This document shows, one piece after another, positions 17,710-26,424 of a stretch of 64,000 nt of DNA. The position numbers and the translations under genes are program-made. The stretch is from a virus: positions 96,001 to 160,000 of the IMG/VR virus record IMGVR_UViG_3300021594_000641. One strand, 5' to 3'. The notes under the pieces are model-generated. The model was not told the origin of the DNA, searched no databases, and worked only from the letters and a program-made list of their open reading frames with translations. Position 1 is the stretch's first letter; every line of letters begins with the position of its first letter.

Positions 17710-18150
17710 CTAAGCTTTCCAGGCGGTTATTCCCCATTGCCTATAAGTCGCGCCTAGCCTGTCTATGTCTTTCCAACATTCTATCCACTTCCTTTTACCC
17801 AGACTCTTTGGGCCTTCGCTTGGATCTTGGTAATGCATTCTTCTGTCTTTTATACCAGAAGCAACGACCCAATGCCCGACGTTGTTTAGCATTATCAGGC
17901 AAATGACTGGTCTTGTTTGTGTGAAGAAAGCAAGATCGTTCCAGGTCATCTCGCCTGAAAGGACATGAAGCCCTAGTTTTCTTAGCAGTGACTCTATTGC
18001 TCTTGGGTCTGTTCCATCTATCGGAGAAGTGGACAAGGCCATTAGCCTGTCAGGAGTAAGTCTTTTTCCTAAAGCTTTAAGCAGAATTTTTACAGCTACT
18101 ATGCCGCAGTCATAATCAGTTTTTTGTCTTATGTCTGATAGAGTTATCAT
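17710..18150 (-). CDS. Stand-alone C39-like cysteine peptidase
   Basis: Q-KTDYDCG (catalytic Cys), GHWVV (His), YQDP (Asp). Confidence 0.85.
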   Translation of the reverse strand: MITLSDIRQKTDYDCGIVAVKILLKALGKRLTPDRLMALSTSPIDGTDPRAIESLLRKLGLHVLSGEMTWNDLAFFTQTRPVICLIMLNNVGHWVVASGIKDRRMHYQDPSEGPKSLGKRKWIECWKDIDRLGATYRQWGITAWKA

Positions 18151-18174
18151 GGCTATACCCTCTCAGGTAGCCGT

Positions 18175-18450
18175 TTATCCTTTTCCAATCTTGGCCAAAA
18201 ACTCAAAAGCCTCTTTCCATGAAGCTTTCTTTACCTTTGGGTTTATTCCCTTGGTCTTCTGTGTTGCTTGAACCAGAGCTTCTCTTAGTCTGTGTAGTTT
18301 GTTCTGACCTTCTGGTAGTTTCTTTTCAGGCTTGGGCATGTTCTTCAAGAACGCCGCGTCTTCAGCTTCTGGCGTTATTACTTCGCTGTGCATCTCTCTG
18401 AGATGTGTCATGCCTTTCTTCAGTATTCCAAGCATTTCATCTGTGTTCAT
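18175..18450 (-). CDS. Hypothetical basic protein
   Basis: 91-aa ORF in tight operon. Confidence 0.6.
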   Translation of the reverse strand: MNTDEMLGILKKGMTHLREMHSEVITPEAEDAAFLKNMPKPEKKLPEGQNKLHRLREALVQATQKTKGINPKVKKASWKEAFEFLAKIGKG

Positions 18451-18451
18451 T

Positions 18452-19732
18452 TCAGTCCGCCTCTGATTCGTTAGACTCTGCCTTTATTGGCTTTATCTCT
18501 TTAGTCGTTATTACTTCTATTCTTGGTCGTATCTTCATTCCCATGTATTCTGTTTCTTTAAGTCCGCCGTTACTAGAAGCTTGTTCCCATCTCTTCAACG
18601 CGGACATTAGACCTTTCTGCCCAAAGCCTGTTCTTGATTTAGGTAAACCGACTACATCAAAAAAAGAACTGTCTATTATGTCTTGGGCTAGAGGAGCTTC
18701 ATGTTTTATTGATCCAGGAGTTCCGAACTGTTCTTTACCGCTTATAGTGGCGTAAAGAAAAGATTTGTTTGGATCAGCTTGAAGACCTTTTAGCCTAAGT
18801 CTCTTACGTAGCTGATCTTCCAGCTTCTTTCTTTCGTTAACATATTGTTTGGCTTTATCGGGTTGATCTTCCCATCTTCCGCTTGTTCTATCTACAACTA
18901 ACTCTTCATAGCTAAGAGGTTTTAAAACATCATGTTTGTTTCTTGAGTAATGCACCAGCATGTGCTGCAAGGCATCAGACGCCAGAGACTTCTTTTCTAT
19001 TTCTTCTACCTTCTTGTAATAGTCTTCGTCTTCAAGCATGTGATCTTTAGCAACTTCTTTTGCTATGTCTGGATTTTCAGTGTGCTCCATCTCATGTTTC
19101 TTTCCGTGCTCAAGTTTCTTCTTGTCAAAGTCTGAATCTGGAACGTTGTCGGCTTCTCCTCCTGGAAGTATATCCTTGGCTGCTACTTTCTTTATTTGAT
19201 TATGCCCAAGAACTCCTATCTTCCTCATGGCCACTACTATGTTAAATCCATGTTTGCCCGGGCTTGAGTCTAACCCATACGTCCTTCTTAGCTGAGATAG
19301 CTCAGGACTGGACACCGGCATAAACCATACTCGACTAAAGTCAAATATGTTTGCCGCTTGAGCTTCTTGTATTCCTGAAATGCTGTAGTGAAAATGCTTT
19401 CCACGCTCTGTTACTTTTTCTATTCCGCCTATTCTTTGAACTTCGTCTGGAGTGAACACAACTATGTGAGCGTTGAACTTGCCGTCTTTCTCAGGCAACG
19501 ATATGCCGTTCTCGTCTAAAGCAGCAAAAGCTCCTCTGACAAGAGCGTTAGGAACATTCAAAAGTATGGAGTCGTCGTTTGAGGCGAAGAGCTCGCCTGA
19601 CATGGCTGAAGTTTTTAAAGCAGCTTCCTTACCCATATATACGACTGCTTCACCAATATTTTCCAAAGACTGTTCATACAGCTTGGATATTTCAGCCTGC
19701 TTTTCCTTGCTTATTATCGGATTGAACAGCAT
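18452..19732 (-). CDS. Multidomain protein: degenerate 2H-phosphoesterase-like domain plus E-x-EH / DH..E..YY (DUF5661-like) domain
   Basis: NAHIVV and GFNIVVA at the 2H motif positions with SPELSQLRRTYGL between; GKKHEMEH..A.EVAKDHMLEDEDYY. Confidence 0.5.
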   Translation of the reverse strand: MLFNPIISKEKQAEISKLYEQSLENIGEAVVYMGKEAALKTSAMSGELFASNDDSILLNVPNALVRGAFAALDENGISLPEKDGKFNAHIVVFTPDEVQRIGGIEKVTERGKHFHYSISGIQEAQAANIFDFSRVWFMPVSSPELSQLRRTYGLDSSPGKHGFNIVVAMRKIGVLGHNQIKKVAAKDILPGGEADNVPDSDFDKKKLEHGKKHEMEHTENPDIAKEVAKDHMLEDEDYYKKVEEIEKKSLASDALQHMLVHYSRNKHDVLKPLSYEELVVDRTSGRWEDQPDKAKQYVNERKKLEDQLRKRLRLKGLQADPNKSFLYATISGKEQFGTPGSIKHEAPLAQDIIDSSFFDVVGLPKSRTGFGQKGLMSALKRWEQASSNGGLKETEYMGMKIRPRIEVITTKEIKPIKAESNESEAD

Positions 19733-19750
19733 GTGTTTGACCTAACTCTT

Positions 19751-20194
19751 TTATTCCCCCAAAGCTTCTGCCTCAGATTGGAGGAACTTTATTATGTTTA
19801 CTGCTTTCTTGTAGTCGCTTTCCTCATGCCTGATTGATGGCTTTAATCTTATCAGGACATTGACCGCGTCTCTAAGCATCACAGTCATTGTGTAATTATG
19901 CCTTAAAACTACCAAGTCGGCCAGCATAGCTGTTATTGTTTTCTTTGATATATTCTTACCGTCATTTATATCTTTACGTACCTTTTCTAAATCGCTTGTA
20001 GACATCTGTCCATTAATAAGCTTATCCATCATTTCGTCTAACAGCATGAAACCTCCGTTGGGCGGAGCGGTGATTGTTTCAACTGTCCCCTCAGATCCCC
20101 TACCTGAAGCCCGTGTCTGCCTTTCGCAGAAGGCGGCGGAAATAAGAACGCTTCCACGCCGCGCCACCATGATTGACGAGAAGACCTCAGACAA
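19751..20194 (-). CDS. Hypothetical protein (true start uncertain, possibly MLLDEMM)
   Basis: 147-aa ORF, helical C-half. Confidence 0.5.
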   Translation of the reverse strand: MSEVFSSIMVARRGSVLISAAFCERQTRASGRGSEGTVETITAPPNGGFMLLDEMMDKLINGQMSTSDLEKVRKDINDGKNISKKTITAMLADLVVLRHNYTMTVMLRDAVNVLIRLKPSIRHEESDYKKAVNIIKFLQSEAEALGE

Positions 20195-20335
20195 TCAAAC
20201 CTCGCTAATTAAAGCTCCTAACCAGTCGGCGTTCTCGACTAAACAGGAAGAACAATCACCGCCGTTTGTAGGCCAGTGCCCGTTAAAGACTTTTGCTTTG
20301 CTTTGACAGGCGCTGCCGTGATCTTTATCTAAGAG

Positions 20336-20488
20336 CTATTTCTTCTTGCTCTTAGGCTTGCTGTTAACTGGAGCGCAGCTGTCGTTAGAGTAGGGCTTCT
20401 TTCCTGGGACTGGTTTGTAACCTGCCCAGCAGCGCCCTGCGGCTTCTTTGGCTAGTTGTGCTATTAGTTTGCTGACTTGGCTCTGCAT
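20336..20488 (-). CDS. 50-aa basic Cys-pair miniprotein
   Basis: Not in ORF track; MQSQVSKLIAQLAKEAAGRCWAGYKPVPGKKPYSNDSCAPVNSKPKSKKK. Confidence 0.65.
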   Translation of the reverse strand: MQSQVSKLIAQLAKEAAGRCWAGYKPVPGKKPYSNDSCAPVNSKPKSKKK

Positions 20489-20555
20489 AACTAACCGCCC
20501 TCAAAGGCTCGATGCCTTATAGGATTTTATGTTCTACGCTATCTCAAAGCAATAA

Positions 20556-20759
20556 TTATTCTGTGTTGGCGTTAGCTCCTTCCTTGTCTTCTTCTCTTCC
20601 TCCTGTGAAACTTATAAACCATCTTTTAGTAACTCTTTTACCGTTCCTATACAAAACTGGAACAGACTTTTCTTCTGCCGTGTCATGCCATCTTATGGCT
20701 ATAGCAGAGTCTATAGGAGTAACAAGCCCGTCTATCCATAACCTAGAGTTTAGCTGCAT
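20556..20759 (-). CDS. Hypothetical small protein
   Basis: Start moved to ATG 20759 (MQLNSR), overlapping upstream stop. Confidence 0.5.
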   Translation of the reverse strand: MQLNSRLWIDGLVTPIDSAIAIRWHDTAEEKSVPVLYRNGKRVTKRWFISFTGGREEDKEGANANTE

Positions 20760-21094
20760 TCTGCACGCGCCAGTTCTGCTAATTCGTTTAAGTGATGCCA
20801 GCAACTAGGATTCTCTTGTTCAAAATTTTTTATTGTTCCATACCTATTCGCTTTAGCCAGATCGTCAAAAAACTTTTTTCTTTTGTCCGGGTTGGCCGGA
20901 AGTTTAGTGACTTTAAATTTTTTACCTATTACCGCTGGACCTCCGCCGAATATCTTGCTTAGCGTATATCCTGATATTACCCAAGCGGCGTGCAGCACGT
21001 TTTTCTTTTCTATGGTGTCGTCACGGCCAGATAGATACTCGGCTATGAGTTGAACAGCCTCTGAAGGATAAGTTCTTGGGTATGGGTACATCAC
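20750..21094 (-). CDS. Hypothetical protein
   Basis: 114-aa ORF, ATGA-coupled to C1 peptidase. Confidence 0.7.
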   Translation of the reverse strand: MMYPYPRTYPSEAVQLIAEYLSGRDDTIEKKNVLHAAWVISGYTLSKIFGGGPAVIGKKFKVTKLPANPDKRKKFFDDLAKANRYGTIKNFEQENPSCWHHLNELAELARAECS

Positions 21095-22002
21095 ACAAAC
21101 CAGTCGATAATGTTACGGGGTACGAAACCTTTCTGACCAGCGTAAGCAAACGAGTCCCCTTGTGCAAGCATTTTGGCTACCGTAGCTTCAGCAGCATAGA
21201 ACCCTTCAGGACCGGGGTTGCCCGGTCCTGTGGGTCCAGTGTGCGTGGTAGCTCCCCAGCTGTTGTCGATACGGAAGTAAGTATTTCCTTCAATCTTGGC
21301 GTAACCGCAAATGCACATCTGGTGAGCCCAAGAGCCTGAAGCTGCGCATATTCCGTTTGCATTACGCGTGTATTTAAAGCCATAGTCGCTAGCCACGGAT
21401 ATACCGTAACCAGCAGACAAAGCTTTCTTGGCTTCTTCAGTTGTCTTTACCAGCGTGATAGTGCTGATAGGGTATTTCTTTACTTCAGGCTCTAGGTCGT
21501 CTGGAACACCGGACATGCCGTAAGCTCGGCACCTTTCCTGGCTGTACTCTCTGAAGTCGTACTTGCCGTAGACTCCACGATCTAGCGAACCCCAGCGCTT
21601 GGCGAACTCAGCACTCCAAGCGCCGATGGACCCATCGCCTCTGCCTAATCTGCCTTTACCCACTTCGATACGTCCACCGCCGTAATTTATCTCGGTGCAG
21701 AGGTCTCGGAATTCTTCATTCTCTCCAGCGGCTATTTCAGCCAGCTGGGTATATTCGATGGCTCTAATGCAACCAAAAGCCACACAGCTTCCTACTTTCC
21801 CCTGGCTACGTGGTGGCAGCAGTTTACCCAATACCTTACGAGCTGCGTCCCAAAGGTACACGTTATCCGGCAAAGCAGAAGCAGTAGTAAATCTGCCAGC
21901 TTCTGTATCAGAGAATGTTTTATATGGCTGTAGGGCTACAACGCTTTCCACTTCTTGTGGATCGTTAACCCAGCCCTGTGCAAATTCAAGAGTATCGCTC
22001 AT
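21091..22002 (-). CDS. Papain-like (C1) cysteine peptidase
   Basis: QGKVGSCVAFG (Gln, Cys), WAHQMCICGY (His), RIDNSWG (Asn). Confidence 0.9.
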   Translation of the reverse strand: MSDTLEFAQGWVNDPQEVESVVALQPYKTFSDTEAGRFTTASALPDNVYLWDAARKVLGKLLPPRSQGKVGSCVAFGCIRAIEYTQLAEIAAGENEEFRDLCTEINYGGGRIEVGKGRLGRGDGSIGAWSAEFAKRWGSLDRGVYGKYDFREYSQERCRAYGMSGVPDDLEPEVKKYPISTITLVKTTEEAKKALSAGYGISVASDYGFKYTRNANGICAASGSWAHQMCICGYAKIEGNTYFRIDNSWGATTHTGPTGPGNPGPEGFYAAEATVAKMLAQGDSFAYAGQKGFVPRNIIDWFV

Positions 22003-22186
22003 CTCTTCTCATCTCCAGAATAGCGCCTATGACATTCATGTAAGCTTTTAACATAGAGAACTGCTGCAGGCTGGTAGGGTCTAGCTTACCCGATGTGTAA
22101 GACTTTGTGTCTAGCCTTATCAGTCTGTCTATCTTGTCTTCAAGCACCGATAGAGTTTTTTCACAAAACGGACTGTCGGTGCTCAT
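21986..22186 (-). CDS. Hypothetical small helical protein
   Basis: 66-aa ORF in operon. Confidence 0.55.
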   Translation of the reverse strand: MSTDSPFCEKTLSVLEDKIDRLIRLDTKSYTSGKLDPTSLQQFSMLKAYMNVIGAILEMRRDERYS

Positions 22187-22202
22187 ACTTCACCTCGTAG
22201 CT

Positions 22203-22433
22203 TTATCGGTTCTTTTTCAGAGACAGCCCTGTGAACCTTTTGTCGTCGCCACCCAGTTCTTCGATTATCTGAGCGACTTTAAAGTAAGCCTGCATCATGC
22301 CAAATTGTGTTTCAGTCAAAGGAGGAGGGCCGTTTGACATGTCAACGCCTTCAACTGGCTCCATGTCCTTTTCAGAAACTTCGTTGATCTTCTTGGCTAG
22401 ATCAAGAAGTAGTGTCTTGCAGCACTCGCTCAT
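22203..22433 (-). CDS. Hypothetical small protein
   Basis: 76-aa ORF, ATGA-coupled. Confidence 0.55.
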   Translation of the reverse strand: MSECCKTLLLDLAKKINEVSEKDMEPVEGVDMSNGPPPLTETQFGMMQAYFKVAQIIEELGGDDKRFTGLSLKKNR

Positions 22434-23215
22434 TTCAAGTTCTCCAAGATGTTGGCTATACGGCTAAACTGGCTAGACAGGTTCTTACGAACGTTAGCGT
22501 CTAGAACGATAGTAGCGTTTTTAGGTAGGGCAGAGTTTAGCTCTACACGGATGCGATCACGAATATCGTATATGTCCGTGCCTGTTAGCTCAGCTGCCCC
22601 AAGTGTATTTACGCGCTTGTACACATCTCCAACAGTGTTGAAGTAGGGCTTTCCTGTGCTTGGGTCAGTGTCTGTATTGTCAGCAGCCCTAGCGCCTTCT
22701 CTGTATATGGCTGCCAGCTTGGCTATCTTTTCTGCTGCTCCTCTCTCTTGGTCTTTCAACCCTCCATAAATGTTTTGCAAAGCACTTTCCAAGGCGTCTG
22801 GCTGAGGAGGGTTTGGGGGCATAGGCCCAGGAGGAGTAGGAGGAACAGGAGTCGGGGGTACGGGGGCTGGAGGAAGTGGAGCTGGGTTAAACGGACCAAA
22901 CGGCGCGTTGTCCGGTACGCCGCCGACATTGATGATTGTCATAGAAGGCTCTGAAGGCACATCTCCAAGAGCCGTGTAAGCCAACAAACGGTACTTGCCT
23001 TTAGGAGCTGTAACCACTGTGGCTACAGGGTTGGCGAGTAGAGCAGAAGGGAATACGTTCAGGCCTTTATCTAGGTATACGTACTTTACTGTTTTGCCGT
23101 TAGTTGTTGGCAAGATGGTAATGAAGTTACCAGGCTCTCCGGAGAAGGTGGTAGGCAGCTCTACCTTAGGAGCTGGAGCCTGGCTCATAGCAAGAACTAG
23201 CAATGCAAAAAACAT
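22430..23215 (-). CDS. Secreted protein: signal peptide, beta-rich domain, Pro-rich linker, helical domain
   Basis: Start at 23215 MFFALLVLAMSQA; PAPLPPAPVPPTPVPPTPPGPMPPNPPQP linker. Confidence 0.75.
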   Translation of the reverse strand: MFFALLVLAMSQAPAPKVELPTTFSGEPGNFITILPTTNGKTVKYVYLDKGLNVFPSALLANPVATVVTAPKGKYRLLAYTALGDVPSEPSMTIINVGGVPDNAPFGPFNPAPLPPAPVPPTPVPPTPPGPMPPNPPQPDALESALQNIYGGLKDQERGAAEKIAKLAAIYREGARAADNTDTDPSTGKPYFNTVGDVYKRVNTLGAAELTGTDIYDIRDRIRVELNSALPKNATIVLDANVRKNLSSQFSRIANILENLK

Positions 23216-23219
23216 ACTG

Positions 23220-23420
23220 TCACTCCGTTCTCTTATTAGTTTCAAACAATAAACACAATAATACACATAGCATAACCACGCAAGGGAATGTCCATCTAAC
23301 TATTTGAATAATCTCGTTGTAGTGCATGGACACTATCTTTAAGCCATTAACAAGTCCAGTGCTGCTTTTAGCACTAGAGTGGTTGATGTAAAAAATTAGT
23401 AACTCTTCTATAGCTTCCAT
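23220..23420 (-). CDS. Small membrane protein
   Basis: Start at ATG 23420 after AGGAG; hydrophobic C-terminal segment. Confidence 0.55.
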   Translation of the reverse strand: MEAIEELLIFYINHSSAKSSTGLVNGLKIVSMHYNEIIQIVRWTFPCVVMLCVLLCLLFETNKRTE

Positions 23421-23441
23421 TTTAATGCTCCTAATTAAAAA

Positions 23442-23471
23442 GCCAGGCAGCGGGTTGAACCACTGCCTGGC
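23442..23471 (-). terminator. Intrinsic terminator after Ig-like gene
   Basis: gccaggcag(c/t)gg stem, followed by T5 on minus strand. Confidence 0.7.
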
Positions 23472-23509
23472 CAAACTGGTTTTACCCGCCAAGATCCAAC
23501 CAGCTTACG

Positions 23510-24040
23510 TTAGCCAATCTCTTCAGGAGAGCCGGCGTCAATTCCAACATTTACAGCTTTACCGGCTTTAACTTCAATATCAATAACGCCAGTAATTGTC
23601 TCAACGCCCTCGCCAAGATCTGCGTCGGCTGAAACATTTACTTGGCAAACGCCAAGCTTGCCAAGAGAACTTACTACAGCGCTTAGGCCGTCCTCAGACA
23701 CTTCAAGCTTTAAATGGTCTTCACAACCAAGACTCCAGACTGGAAGTCCGTCTATAGCGGCAGGATTTCCAGCCTTAGTTACAGGCTTGATTGACAAAGA
23801 AACCTTCTGGCTATCTGTAAGAATCAACATAGCGTTATCCTCCTTAGAAGCGCGAATCCAGTCAGCCACGGGGCCTATAGCTAACTTTAGTTTGTTTTTC
23901 TTGAACCTGACCTTAGCCCCGTATCGCAAATACCACCACCAAGGCCCCAAGTATACTTCTAAAACTTGAATGTTCCTAAGTCTTCCGAGCTTAGTCTCTA
24001 GTTCTTTTTCGCAATGAGCCCAGATATCGAAAGAGTCCAT
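23510..24040 (-). CDS. Ig-like beta-sandwich protein (second strong in-frame start at 23830)
   Basis: LTDSQKVSLSIKPV..GNPAAIDG.PVW..., alternating beta pattern; AAGGAGG SD before internal ATG. Confidence 0.65.
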   Translation of the reverse strand: MDSFDIWAHCEKELETKLGRLRNIQVLEVYLGPWWWYLRYGAKVRFKKNKLKLAIGPVADWIRASKEDNAMLILTDSQKVSLSIKPVTKAGNPAAIDGLPVWSLGCEDHLKLEVSEDGLSAVVSSLGKLGVCQVNVSADADLGEGVETITGVIDIEVKAGKAVNVGIDAGSPEEIG

Positions 24041-24086
24041 GGCCTAATCTCCATAGGACATTTTTAATAATACCCTAACGTAACAA

Positions 24087-24614
24087 CTAAGGCAACATTC
24101 CAAATGAGGGGCAAAAGACAGGCTTCTTTGAAATATCTTTTATTCTTTCAGATTGAGCTAAAGAACTTTCTATAAACAAATTAAAGTTAGATATCTTGTA
24201 CAGACCTCCCTTGAACAAAGACACCTGCTCTACCCATATGTTGTCGTCTTTTTCAAAAGGCCTCATTATTAGTTTCTTGGGATCAACAGAAAGTCCGTGT
24301 TCTTCAAGCCAGTCCATAGTAACCTTACGATACTGCTCGTGTCTTCCTGTTATTATCATTGGAATTTGTGAAGTATGCGGTAGGTATAAAGGTTTAGCTG
24401 TTCTTAAAAACTTGATATATTTTTCTTTGTCGTTAGGAATACCTTTAGGGCAATCCTCGCAGATTACGCCATCAAAATCGTATGCCGCCTTTATTCCTTC
24501 GGTAAGCTCTATCTTTTCAACAAAACCTCTGCTGTCATTTATTTTGCTTATCGTTATCCAGTTTTGAGTTTCCACTTTTAGCCCCTTGTTCTTGACCCCA
24601 AAATAAATGACCAC
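24087..24614 (-). CDS. HAD-superfamily phosphatase (start uncertain)
   Basis: AYDFDGVIC (DxD), IITGR, FKGGLYK, FIESS. Confidence 0.75.
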   Translation of the reverse strand: MVIYFGVKNKGLKVETQNWITISKINDSRGFVEKIELTEGIKAAYDFDGVICEDCPKGIPNDKEKYIKFLRTAKPLYLPHTSQIPMIITGRHEQYRKVTMDWLEEHGLSVDPKKLIMRPFEKDDNIWVEQVSLFKGGLYKISNFNLFIESSLAQSERIKDISKKPVFCPSFGMLP

Positions 24615-24792
24615 AAACTAAGCCAGCCATGAATGATACCACAGGGTACTCTTTGGACATTGAATAGACTACTGTGCTTATAGTGCCTTCAAATCCAAAT
24701 CTATATACTGCGAAAAAATCGTAAACCAGTAAAAATATTATTGCCATAAGAATGGCCATACGCGTAACTGTCTTGGCGTCAACACTAGGCAT
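24535..24792 (-). CDS. Two-TM membrane protein (holin-like topology)
   Basis: Hydrophobic segments MAILMAIIFLLVYDFFAV and VVSFMAGLVCGHLFW, charged C-tail. Confidence 0.6.
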   Translation of the reverse strand: MPSVDAKTVTRMAILMAIIFLLVYDFFAVYRFGFEGTISTVVYSMSKEYPVVSFMAGLVCGHLFWGQEQGAKSGNSKLDNDKQNK

Positions 24793-24825
24793 GATTCTCT
24801 CCTAGCCTGTTTAAAAATTAAATGC

Positions 24826-25668
24826 CTACTGTTTTCTGTAAAGTTCTTCTGGTGAAATTTTACAATAATCTTTGTAGTTTATATAGTTGTTAGGCATGTG
24901 GTGAACTGTTTGTCCTTTGATATCATCTTTAAGCAACGTTCCTTTAAACATAGGTATAGCGCCAACAGCCGCAGCTTCTCTTTTGTAACCAAAGTAATAA
25001 GGACAAATGTTTAAGTCGAAATAAGCCTGGGCAGAAAACCATTCAAATTCTTCTTGGTCTAGTATCCATAGCCCGGAGTAAAAGTTATTGTCGTTTAGAT
25101 AAAATAATTCGTTATCTAAGTTTACTTCTTTGGGAAGAGGCTGACATTTACTAAACTTAGGTGAAATGTCCGTGCAATAAGCTTTATCTCTGTCATACTC
25201 TATTCTTAAAAACCCTAAGTTGTAACCGTGTCTGCTGCACAAAGAATGGTTTGAGTACCAATACTCCAGGTTATTCTGATTAAACAGAATGTCGTCTTCG
25301 ATATACATCACAGCATCGTAGTTTATGTACGTGGAAGCCATTATAGGCCTGTGCTTCCAAGAGAGCGTATGCCCGTCTTGGCCAGTCATATCATGAAAAA
25401 CTACCAGCGCGGGATAGTGTAGTTTTAATTTTAAATTGTTCGTGTGAACGAATACCTGAGTTTTACAAGACAAAGAGTTCAAACTTTTTATTAACTCGTT
25501 GACGTATTTAAATCTTTTTTCTGAGTGCCAATAAGTTACGTGAACAGCCAAAGTAAAATTACTAAGGTTATTAGGTAACTTGTAGTTAAAACAACGGTTT
25601 AGACAAGGTTTTGGAAAAGCAAATCCGCCGCTATCAAAACCTGTTGCCAAATCAAAAGGAACAGACAT
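24826..25668 (-). CDS. GT-A fold glycosyltransferase-like protein
   Basis: VMYIEDDILF (DxD-type), LGFLRIE, YSGLWIL, HHMPNNY. Confidence 0.6.
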   Translation of the reverse strand: MSVPFDLATGFDSGGFAFPKPCLNRCFNYKLPNNLSNFTLAVHVTYWHSEKRFKYVNELIKSLNSLSCKTQVFVHTNNLKLKLHYPALVVFHDMTGQDGHTLSWKHRPIMASTYINYDAVMYIEDDILFNQNNLEYWYSNHSLCSRHGYNLGFLRIEYDRDKAYCTDISPKFSKCQPLPKEVNLDNELFYLNDNNFYSGLWILDQEEFEWFSAQAYFDLNICPYYFGYKREAAAVGAIPMFKGTLLKDDIKGQTVHHMPNNYINYKDYCKISPEELYRKQ

Positions 25669-25678
25669 ATCAAGCCTT

Positions 25679-26410
25679 TCAAAAAGATTTTACTGAGCTC
25701 ATGTAGTCGTAGCTCCATCTGGGTTTTAGAACAATTTCGCCTGAAGGAATTATTTTTCTAGTGCGTTGACTTTCGACTATGGACTCAACAGCTAAGCTTA
25801 CATCAGTTTTTTGCGGACCCCAGCCAGAACCGTGATAAGAATTAACAGTTGACCACCTGTATATGTAAAACCTATCTTCTACAGGAACTTTGACAGAGTA
25901 ATGCCCTCCTACGGCTTCTCTAAATTTTTCCATTATCTTTACATCAACGTCGCATTGATCCTTTTCTGGATAACCGCCTATAGCATCAAACAAAGTTTTA
26001 GTGAAAGCGTGGGTGGCGTGGAAAACGTTTGAAGCTGGTTTTATGTTATTTACCGCGTTCTCAAAAAATCCGTCTCCAGTATGGAATATGCCGTTTTTCA
26101 TGTTAGCTAAGGTGTAAGAGATTCTATTAGGCAAATAAATGTCGTCGTCTTCCCAGCAAAACAAAACGTCTCCTGAACACATCTTTACTGTAGCGTTGAA
26201 CTTAGCTCCTAACGGTTTTATTCTATAAGGCGTGTTGTATACCTTTATATCAGGATGATCAAAACGTATAGTTTGATTTTCGTAGTCATTTAAAATGACT
26301 AACTCTTTTGGTCCCTTGTAGTCTTGCTTTAAAAAAGACTCTACGGCTTCTTCCAAACAGTGAACTCTGCCGTAAGTAGGGCAATAACAGCTAACTAAAT
26401 TAGGGGTCAT
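25679..26410 (-). CDS. GT2 family glycosyltransferase
   Basis: VSCYCPTYGR, LVILND, LGAKFN, WEDDDIYLP; start moved to MTPNL. Confidence 0.85.
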   Translation of the reverse strand: MTPNLVSCYCPTYGRVHCLEEAVESFLKQDYKGPKELVILNDYENQTIRFDHPDIKVYNTPYRIKPLGAKFNATVKMCSGDVLFCWEDDDIYLPNRISYTLANMKNGIFHTGDGFFENAVNNIKPASNVFHATHAFTKTLFDAIGGYPEKDQCDVDVKIMEKFREAVGGHYSVKVPVEDRFYIYRWSTVNSYHGSGWGPQKTDVSLAVESIVESQRTRKIIPSGEIVLKPRWSYDYMSSVKSF

Positions 26411-26424
26411 GTGTATCTTTCTTT

